Shown here piece by piece: positions 54,171-64,000 of a stretch of 64,000 nucleotides of DNA (its first letter is position 1; each line of letters opens with the position of its first letter). The translations under genes and the position numbers were made by a program. Source of the stretch: Camelus ferus. Its lineage: Eukaryota. Location of the stretch: assembly GCF_009834535.1 (NCBI RefSeq), contig NC_045697.1, forward strand, positions 72,356,001 to 72,420,000, read 5' to 3'. The notes under the pieces were generated by a model. It was not told the origin of the DNA, did no database searches, and saw nothing but the letters and a program-made list of their open reading frames with translations.

Positions 54171-55454
54171 TGTATGGTTCCTGAGGAAACAGAGATCAAG
54201 GGCTGTTGGCTTCCACTCTCCAAATTAACCCTGGCTAAGTACAGAAACAGGAAGCAAGGGCTGGAGAAGTAAAATCAAAAACTGTAAGGAAACCCTTGTT
54301 AGGGTCAGAGTAAGTTGTTCAGTATTGTTCCTGCTGCTCCCCCACCAAACGGCCTACTTTGGGACAATCAGTGCCAGACAACTGATGACTACAGAAATCA
54401 TCAGCAATAGATCAGGCTTCCTAGTGTAGGATAATATAAAGGGTCTGTTAAAGTGAGTTGCTGATTAAAAAAAAATGGTGCGGGCTGACCAGATACTCTA
54501 GAGCAGTGGACCTTCACTTCACCACTCCTTCCCCAAACCTCCAGGATTTCGGTGGATTACAACAGACTTCTGCTGCTGGATTATGAGTTTCAAGGCAAAT
54601 TCTTGCTAGATGAGTTGTCCAGTGAAACAGGAGCCAACAGAGAGCACTAAACTCTTCTGTGGTGCCTGGAGTCCTCTGCTCTCTGTTCCTTAAATTTGTG
54701 GGAAGGGAACTAGGGTCTGCCCTTTTGCTCATCCTCCACATCCATTACCAGAAAGAGCGGTAGAGAGTATGAGCTTGTGGACCAAAATACCTAGACAGCT
54801 GAGGAGTATAATCACTATATAACACAACAAAGTAAAACAACATATGCCAACTGAAGCAGAATTATAGGAGCAGATATTTAATTAAAAAAAACAAGTTAAT
54901 ATTTTAAAAAATTCAATTATTCATTAAACAAATTTTTACTGAGCACCTACCAAGTGCCAGGCACTAAGGATTCATCAGTGAACAAGACAGATAAAAATCT
55001 TTGTGAACTTTTCTAGTCATGGGAAATGGCATGGGGAACAGAGACAAAAACATACAAACAACTAAATATCTAACCAAATAATTTTAAAATTTCTAGGGTC
55101 TTTCCTTTGTTGTTCCAGTGCTTTCATATCTGGGAAAAAATCTTCATCCAGAGATTTTAGCTTTACAATTAAAGTATTTTAAATTATAAAATAATATCGT
55201 ACATGGTAAGAAATTCAAATAAAATGAAAGCAGAAAGTAAAAGACCTCATTAACTCTTCCCCATACTCCTTTCCACAGAATTAGTCATTTTTCTGTGTCC
55301 CCTTCCAGAAATTTCCTATGCACAATCAAATGTGTGTATGTGTATAGTTTTAAAAATTTATAATAGGATACTATACATATTTTCCACAACTTGCTTTTTT
55401 AACATATATGGATCTATTCCAGAGACAGAGGTTTTAAAGGACAGTAGAAAATTC

Positions 55455-55890
55455 ATTTAAAAGGCCAAATTATAGAGATAATACAAAGATCAGTTTTTGC
55501 CAGGGGTTTGGGGTGGGGGTGGGAGGGGAGTAGGGGTGAACAGGTAGAACACAGGGCATTTTTAGGGCCGTGAAACTATTCTGTACGACACTATAACACT
55601 GGACACATGACATTATGTGTTTGTCAAAACCTACAGAACTGTACAACAGAAGGAGTAAACCCTAATGTAAACTATGGACTTCAGTTAATAGTAATGAATC
55701 AATGTTGGTTTATCAACTGTAACAAGTGTGCCACACTAATGCAAGATGTTAATAATAGGAGAAACTGAGTGTATATATGTGTGTATACAGTAACATATGG
55801 GAACTCTATATTTCCTGCCCAATTTTTCTGTAAACCTAGAACTGCTCTAAAAAATAAAGTCTGTCAAAAAACAAAAACAAAAACAAAAAA
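55455..55890 (+). mobile_element. L1MC-like 3' end
   Basis: gtgaaactattctgtacgacac...ccctaatgtaaactatggacttcagttaata; A-rich tail. Confidence 0.85.
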
Positions 55891-57532
55891 ACACCCTTCA
55901 TTTAGAACAACTGTTTTTAAAGCCTTGTATAGGATATTTTAGAGTTGGAGGCTAGAAGTCAAATATCAGGCAGATCGTTGCTATGCTAGGCATAAAATGA
56001 GTAGTACTAAGTTATCAAAGTAAATTAGTTTGAACAGATTTGTTAATACCTAAGAAAATTATACCTTAGAAAGTCTCTAGGAATTTTCTATTAGGCAATT
56101 CTATATACTGCTTGTTTTCAGCACCACAAAGTATTATCGAAGATTATTTTTAAATAGTTTTACCATTTGTTATTAATTTACAGATACCAATTTTTTTCTC
56201 TAGTTTTGCTTTTATTTCCAGTTTGTTGCATTTCCTCTTAACGTTGTGGGTAAGGCAAGGCAGTTAAAACATGGTTCCTTATAAACAAAGGGGAAGTATA
56301 ACATAATGCCAAGCACCAAAATAAAAATACTCTTTTAAAAAAGCTTTGTTTATCCCTTAAAAATGTTTGAATAAATAAACTGAAAGATGTAATAAAAATC
56401 CTCTTAAAAAATTTGCTTCATTTCTCATGTAATAATCATTAATTTAACCCCAAACTTAAATCATTAATTTGAACCCAGGAGGGTAAGTCTCCTCTCACTT
56501 TGTTCAAATGTATTAGGCATTCCATTAATTTTATCTTACTGATCCAGTCTATCTGTCTGCAATCCCTTTTACCGCTCTCTTACTTTAGGTTTCTGATTTC
56601 CTTGATCACATGTCCTACTTCTTGGTCTAATCCTCATTGTAGGGGACACATCCTCTATTAGCTTCTTGAGAAAGGATGAACTGTAAATTTGAGAACTTTT
56701 AGGTTTGAAAATAACTTTATTCTAGCCTTATGTTTGATTGATAGCTTGGCTTGTACACAATTCTAAGTTAGAAGTAATTTTCCTTAAGAATTTTGAAGCA
56801 CTGCTCCAATATCCTTTCACTTCCAGAGCTGCTGTTGAGAAGTCCAACTCATTCACCTCTGTATGTGTCATATGAAACCTGTTTTATTCTCTCTATAAAC
56901 TTGCACAATCTATTCTTTGTCTCTCTACTTGTTATCTTTGTAGAGAAAGGGGAGACAGGAGAAACATAGAGAAAGAGCTCGAGAAATTAGCATGGGGTCC
57001 CCTTAAACATCTTATACTTACAGCAATCTTAATCAGGTCCCCAAGAGCCGCATGTGATTAGTATGGACACATTGCACTATCAAACAGACTGTGTAGCCCT
57101 AGAGCAACCACTGTGAAAAACAAAACAAGGTTCAGCTATAATAAAAAAAGATGCGCTGATAGTGATGTAAAAATAATAATTATGACAAAGATAAAAGCTA
57201 ACACTACTGTGTGTATATATGTGCCAAGTACTCTTTCAATTGCTTTATACACATTAATTCACTAAATTCATATATGCAATACAACCATAAGAGGTAGGTA
57301 TTACCTACTTTCTTATAGGTTATATAATTTACCCTGGCAGAGCCAGAATTCTAGTCCAGTCCAGCTCCAGAGTCTTGTGGTCTTAACTATTATGCTATAC
57401 TACCTGCCAGCAGTAGATGGTAGTCATTTTTTGTTGTTTATTGTGTTGCTTTTAAATATCTTTTCTTGACAAAATAAAAAGTTGGCAAACCTCTGCTGAT
57501 TTTCTCAATTAAAAAATCTACCAGTTGGTGAA

Positions 57533-57647
57533 GGGTGAAGGGTATATCTCAGTGGTAGAGCACATGCTTAGCATACACAAGGTCCTGGGTTCAATTCCCA
57601 TTACCTCCACTTAAATAAACAAATCTGGTTGCCTCCCCACCCCCAAA
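57533..57647 (+). mobile_element. tRNA-derived SINE (Vic-1-like)
   Basis: ggtatatctcagtggtagagcacatgcttagcatacacaaggtcctgggttcaattccca. Confidence 0.88.
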
Positions 57648-58309
57648 TTTATTGGCTGCTGAAATATGAAAGCCTGGAAATCACCAGTTTACAGAGCCAG
57701 TAGAGAGCAAGAAAATGAAACTTTGAGAAAAGAGAACTGATGGAAAAAGATCTTGGAGGATCCGTTTTAGAACACAGGGAACAGTCAGACTTGAGGGACA
57801 GGGCAAGTGCTGAGTACGGGAGGAATTACAGACACATTTAGAGATGATGGTGAGGAAAGATTCTCTGGTAGCTAAAAATCAAGGTCATCTGAGTTCAAAA
57901 TAAGCCTGATAGTATCAATTAGAAGACTTAAGTAAATAATATAGAACGGTAAATATTTGGAGGAACTTTTGTGAGGAATGGGAAAAAAAATAAATCTAGG
58001 AATGGACTGACAAGACTAGAAAAATAGAGATGGTTTCAACACTAAATATTTTGAAGAAGTGAAAGAATAAGGTTGGTGGGAGTAAGGGAGGGGATGATGT
58101 ATAAACAAATACATGAAGCTGTGGTCAGAGGGTAGGATTTTGGAATTTAAGATCTCAAAGCCAAGGTCAGTGTTCATTGATGATGATAAAGATGATAGTG
58201 ATGATAATAACCATTCATTAAACACACTAAAAAATTAGTTATATCTAGTCATAACAATCATTACTATCAGCGTATTACAGAGGAGAAATTGAGGCCCTAA
58301 GGACTTTTC

Positions 58310-59000
58310 AGTAACATTCTCTTAACTTTTTCATAGAACTTAACAAGATGACTCTGAAATTCATATAGAGTAGGAAAGGGCCTGGCATTCCTAAGAAAAT
58401 TTTGAAGAAAACTGAACAATGGAAAAGAATAAACAACCCATGGGTATGTGAAAACCTGATCTGAGATCAATGACATTACAAACAAACAAACAAACAAACA
58501 AACAAACAAAAATGACATTACAAACATAAAAGAAAAAAAAAACTAGTCAGTAAATGCTGCTAGAACAATTAGTTGTTCATATATAAAATAAATAAAAGTA
58601 GATCTCTATGTCATGCACAAAAATAGTACGCTAATTAAAGAAGAATAAAATATGAAGAATAAAAGTTTAAAACTTTTAGCAAAAAAGATAGATGGATATC
58701 TTTTTGATTTTGAAGCAGGGAAAGATTTCTTTCTTTTTTTAGGAAAAGAGTTTTTAAACCAGACCCCCAAAACAGAAAATAAGGGAAAAATGAATAAATC
58801 TGACTACATTCAAACTAAATATCAGTATTAGAAAAGATACCATAAACAAAGGTTAAAGAAAAGACACAGACTGGAAGACAAGAGGTAACCAATATAACCA
58901 ACAATGTATTATTATCCAGAAAACAAATCAATGAAAAAGATGAGCAAAGCAATAGAAAAATGAGCAAAGATGCCTAGAGATGTCCAGGAGGCATTTGAGA
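58310..59000 (+). mobile_element. Ancient L1 ORF2 fragment with a (CAAA)n repeat
   Basis: tagaacttaacaagatgactctgaaattcatat; aataaatctgactacatt. Confidence 0.65.
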
Positions 59001-61275
59001 CTAATACTAGAGACATCTGCGCTGGCAACAGAGCTTCTTCGGGCTACATGAACTTTACTGATCATATCTGAATTCATAGGACTAGACAAGCTTACAGAGG
59101 GAAAGCATGTAAAGAAATTAGAGATTTGGGCTAGGACATAAAGCATGCAAAGGATTACTGATCCTTACTCAAGTTCTCAACACTAAATAAAAACTTCTTT
59201 AACCTTATTCACGTATTGATTATTTTGTCTGGACTTTTTTTTTTATCATAACTTTATACTTTTTAAAGATGGGGTCTAAATACAGAAAATAAACACTAAC
59301 AAAACCAGATTTTATTGGACACTGTCAGAAGGTGGTCAGATAAGCCTATCCTTTCTATTTGGAACAAAATTACCTTCAGCCCCTCTGTTTCAAATACTGC
59401 CAAGAAGGGAGGGTTGTGGAAATGAAATGCAAATTAAAAAATACAGGAGTTAAATCTTAAAGTAAAGGAAATTTAAGAAAATATTCCCTGTAATGCACAA
59501 TAAATATTTTTTTCAATTGGTAGGTTAGGAACTATCTCCTTTTATACATTAGCATACTCATGTAATGCATCAGAAATAGCTAATATTTGCAGACACATCT
59601 TTAGATTTTAAGACCAAAAAAAAAAAAAAAAGAAAAGAAAAATGTTTCATCCATATAGACTTCCACTCACTACATTTCTTCTACTTGGAAACAGTGAACC
59701 AACTATCCACATAAACTGCTCAGAGGAAGCCAGTCACAAAAAAACCTACATACTGTATAATTCCTTTTCTATGATGTTCAAGAACACGCAAAGCAAGACA
59801 GAATAGTGGTATTGGTGGTAAGGGGATGTGATTAGCAGGGACACGAAGCTCTATGAGGCGTTTGGTATATTCTGCATATGTGGATCTGGGTGTTTGTCAC
59901 ATCAAATTATATATTTGGCACTTGAGCATTTGACTATATCTCTAATGAAGTATATATATTTTAATTCCTTTAAAGAAAAACTTCTTAACAGGATTTAAGA
60001 ATCTCACTCAACACAGCTTGTTTTACCCTTGTCAAGACAGCACAGTCTCTAATTAAGACACAAATATTTAATGGCCTTCTCCAAGCTTCTCTTCCCCCAA
60101 TGGTCCCACTATCAACCGACCCCTACCTCAACCATGACTCCAACAAAACAGTGTCAAGGACAAGGCTGCTTGAGATAATCATCTTCAGGATCAACAAGCT
60201 CCAGGGTCCTTCCACCAAACCAAAATTAGGCTCCCAAGAGGAAATTAAAAGGAAATCCTAATGTAAACGTGAATCTTTAAATCATCTCTTTGTGTATCAT
60301 GTTCTACATTGCCTTAGCTCATGAACATAAAGCTGCATCTAAACATCTTCATAGAGATTTCCATTGTCACTTTACTTTGATGATTTTGATCAGGGTAAAG
60401 TGACAGAAAATTGGTTTATCTATATTTCAATTAACTCTCTTACTGATGGTTATTTTTTCAGTGAAGCACGATCACAAATATTAAACTGTTTAGTCCAGAG
60501 AGTGAAAAGTTGCTTAAAAAAAACCTTCCCTTTCTCACTTTAGGAGGAAAATACAAAGGGAAAAATAAAACCCATATAGTACAACTGGCTGCTACATTAA
60601 GTTATACCAAATGAAATTTTGGACCTTGCGCAGTTCCGTGTTATGTGTTGTTTGTCAGGTGGGGTTCAGAACTGCAATGAGGCAGTGTACTGAGATACAC
60701 ATACTCAACAATGCACAACTCAGCAAGTGCGTTACTTGGGATAGTTTACTTCAGCAAAAACATGAAACAAACTTTTGTCAAAGAAGGGGCTTCAAGGGGC
60801 TGAAACTGTCTCTTTTCCCTCTTTAATTCATTTTTTTTAAAGGTGTTAATAAAAATTAATGATCTTCCCGGACACTTTAGATTGTAGCAGAAGCCATGCA
60901 ACATAAAATAAAGGAAATCCTAAGCCTTCACCACTTTCCCAGTTTTAGTTAACCGAAAAAAGAACTGATCTGCAGAAGGAACTGAAATTATCTAAGGCAG
61001 GACTCTCACTGGTCTCCGAGTGGCAACTACTTCAGGGCCTCGGACGCACTAAATGGCCAAGAAGTACAGCTGTAAGCAGTTCCTCGTTTAGGTAGAGTAT
61101 TTTCACTTCTTTTTTAAAAACAAATAGGCTAGTAGTGGCGAGAGCGAAATTATGCACCGCTAGGACAGAGGGGAAGGGTGTTCTGCAGGGAATACGCAAT
61201 CCTAGGGTCCTGGCTGGGAAGAAGAGGCCGAGACGAGAGGGGCTGAAGTTAGAAGAGACGCCAGGAGAAACTCAC

Positions 61276-61400
61276 TTTTCTAAGGCACTTTCCGGTTACA
61301 AAACACTCTCCCTGCTTTATTTCATCAGACACAATGTCCTTTCTGCGGGCGCCAAAGTCTACCGACGTCAAAGGCCCACCGCGAGGGCCCTCGCCCAACT
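61276..61400 (-). other. UBE2D3: Distal alternative first exon of UBE2D3 (5' end uncertain)
   Basis: Donor AAA|GTGAGT at 61275; the exon end reads ...AAC CGG A AAG TGC CTT AGA AAA, resembling the recalled human isoform-3 N-terminus MLSNRKCLSK. Confidence 0.65.
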
Positions 61401-61650
61401 CCAGATGCCAAGGCTGGCCTCGCCGTCCCTCCGCTCCGGGGCCACCGCGCCCCCTCGCCAGCCTCCAGAGCGCACGTCACTCGCCCGCTGCCAATCGGCG
61501 CCGGGCAGGTCACCGCTCCTCCTAGCCCGCAGCCCCGCCCCCGCCCGGCGGCCGCGAGCGCCCGCCGGCCGCTTCCGCTCTCGGCGCAGGCGCGGCAGCT
61601 CGGCCGGAGAGCGGCGGGGGTCCCGAGAGCAGCGGACGCCGCTGGCCAGC

Positions 61651-61753
61651 ATGGTGCTGGAGAGCGTGGCCCGCATCGTGAAGGTGCAGCTCCCCGCCTA
61701 TCTTAAGCGGCTCCCAGTCCCCGAGAGCATTACCGGGTTCGCCCGGCTCACAG
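61651..61753 (+). CDS. CISD2: CISD2 (Miner1/NAF-1, CDGSH iron-sulfur domain 2) exon 1 coding part; the gene continues past the window
   Basis: MVLESVARIVKVQLPAYLKRLPVPESITGFARLT is the recognised CISD2 N-terminus; Kozak AGCATGG; donor CAG|GTAATC after 103 nt; known UBE2D3-CISD2 synteny. Confidence 0.97.
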
Positions 61754-63185
61754 GTAATCCTAGCCTCCAGCCAGTCCCCATCCTTGCAAGTTTCCCAAGG
61801 CGGAGGGTGGGGGCGGGCCCCTAAAAGTCCTGGGGCCGAGGGGCGGGGCGGAGCTGGGCGGCTGGCGCGTGACCCGGTGAGCCTGCGCTGCGAGGGCGGT
61901 GGGCGCGCTGGCTCCGCCGCTGGGGATCCCGGGAGAGGCCGGCTCTCGTGCTTGGAGGCCCCGGGCGCTGGTCCTCGTGGCTGTCTCCGCTGTCCTTCCT
62001 GGTGGGAGACCCGATGTTTGCAGATAAGGTTGAGTTGGGAACCGGCCCATCTTTTTCATCTCCATCGCTCCCTGCAGCGTGTTTATTTTAGAGCAGGGTA
62101 AGTCATCGTTATCTAAGGCGCTGTGTATCAGGCCGCCCCAGCTTTCGTGTGGGTGTGAGCGTGTGGGAGAGAAACACATATACACGTAATATGTGTTTGG
62201 CAGGGGTTTTTTTTTTTTTTTTTTTTGGTAACAAAATTAGAAAATAAACTCCATTCGCATAGGGAAGAGTTGACCCCCATGATAATGGGGGCATTTGAGG
62301 TCACTTCCGTTACGACGGGCCTGGAGGCAGTTTAGGTCACTCGAGTTGGAGGAAAGATCCCTTGGTTAGTAACATGGACCAAGAATTAGACGATGAAATT
62401 TAATGAATATATGTAACATTTTATACATATGTTACCTCCTTTAGAAAATAGAATCCACAACTCTGGATTTCACATTTGAAGGATGAAAATTAACAGAATG
62501 TAGTCAACACTTGGAAGATTTTGTTGGGTTCTGAGCATTAAGTGTGAGTGGGATATTTGTAAACCAGACCAGGGACTGATTAGGATGAGGAGGGAAAAAA
62601 ACCCAAACATACTGATAAAGCAAACATTGAACTCATATGTCCTGACTATCAGGGAATGTAAACAGGAATTCAGATAATTTTGAGTTAACAGGGTTGCTTA
62701 GCCTATAGCAGTCTGGAGATCTATGGTAGCTGACTTTAAAATACTGTATTTGGAAGGCTGGCTGGTGGAAGAAAAATAAGATTTATTCTCTGTATACTGA
62801 AAGTCAGAACTAGGACCAAATGAGTGCAGGTTGTCTGAACGTGGATTTCAGCTCTCATACAAGGAATTATTATTATTTTTTTAATTAGAGAATACTTGAC
62901 CCAAACAGATGGGGTCCTTTGAGAGAGATGCCCTCTCAGAGATTTAAAAAAAAAAAAAAAAAGGCAATGTGGTGGTGAATAGATTTAGATGCGATAAACT
63001 AGAAACTGTTCTAAATCTAGAGATTCTTTGAATTATGGTCAGAGACATTTGCTCTATTGACAAATGGATGGTGAGATTTTAACATTTTAGATGTTAAGAG
63101 GTTTGGTAGAAAGGGTGATTTTGAATAGAAAGGGTTGTAACTGACTAAACATTAAAAAGAAACATCTAAACATAAGCAGCAAGCT

Positions 63186-63320
63186 GGGAGGATATAGCTC
63201 AAGTGGTAGAGTGCATGCTTAGCATACACAAGATCCTGGGTTCAATCCCCAGTACCTCCTGTAAAATAAAATAAAATAAACCTAACTACCTCCCCTGCCA
63301 AAAAAAAAAAAAAAAAAAAA
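63186..63320 (+). mobile_element. tRNA-derived SINE (Vic-1-like) in CISD2 intron 1
   Basis: A box TAGCTCAAGTGG, B box GGTTCAATCCC, long A tail. Confidence 0.9.
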
Positions 63321-64000
63321 GCAACATAATTGTAACGAAAAAACTTTCAAATCAAGTGTTTATAAACGTCGTAGTTTTTTGATTATACAAGTTTATTCTG
63401 ATTGTGGCAATTATGTAAAATTGACTTCTTCCCCCTTAGTTCTTTTACTGAAGCACTTTACATATTTTAATGTATTCCTCATCTTGTTCTAACAACTATG
63501 TATATAATCTTATTTTAAATTAACATCACAGTAGGTCTAACCATTCCCCTGCAGCTGGAAATTTGGAATGTTTTTATGTATCTTTTTTATTCATAGCGAT
63601 CAGTGATAAGTAGCCCTGTACCAATTGTTATTTTTTTCTCCTTTGAATTATACCCTTGAATATATTCACTCAATAGTAATACCAGGTACAAAGAATATGA
63701 TCATTTTGTAACATTTGTTCCCAGTTGCCAATTTACCTTACTAACTTGCATAAATTAACTGCTGAGTTTTTAACTCTCAAGAAGGAAAACAAAAAATCTC
63801 TTTACTCCCACCACAGTCCGATTTAACCTGAATTCTGAATTGTCTGTTGATTCTGATTGTGGCTGGTTTTATATTAGTTTCAATATTCTGTAAATAGAGT
63901 GTAGTTGAAGCAGATTGGAAAGTGTATTTAATCAATAAAAATATATTAAAAAAAAGTATATTTGATTTAGTAGCTAGATTTTCAAACTTTTCCCCCCCCA

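Larger units (their letters stand above)
61000..62350. promoter_or_regulatory. CpG island / bidirectional CISD2 - distal UBE2D3 promoter
   Basis: CpG-rich; CRE/ATF-like GACGTCA (61364-61370) and CACGTCAC (61473-61480); CCAAT at 61491; GC boxes; NRF1-type GCGCAGGCGC at 61584-61593. Confidence 0.9.

Noticed and set aside
27700..61000. An unannotated protein-coding gene between the two CpG islands
   Set aside because: ORFs are short, repeat-derived or low complexity, and no consistent exon chain was found by eye
61135..61824. 229-aa ORF as a single-exon gene
   Set aside because: Only 61651-61753 matches CISD2; the rest is promoter sequence and intron read-through past the donor

Overview
Mammalian genomic DNA, most likely camelid, judged from repeated Vic-1-like tRNA-derived SINEs and a young L1 3' end. 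The window holds the complete coding sequence of UBE2D3 (UbcH5c) on the minus strand: 7 coding exons, 444 nt, 147 aa, one GC-AG intron. It also holds a duplicated 50-nt cassette exon giving an alternative C-terminus, and a CpG-island promoter at about 25.6-27.7 kb. About 33 kb of repeat-rich sequence follows (L1, L2, MIR, MaLR LTRs, DNA transposons, a decayed ERV-L with nested insertions). A second CpG island at about 61-62.3 kb starts CISD2 on the plus strand and carries a head-to-head distal UBE2D3 first exon. I found no new multi-gene system. The most interesting signals are splicing regulation in UBE2D3: a tissue-type exon duplicate with RBFOX/QKI motifs, a GC donor shadowed by a GT decoy, and candidate poison exons. 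The distal first exon also appears to have lost its coding start. Gene and repeat names are from recognition, not from database searches.
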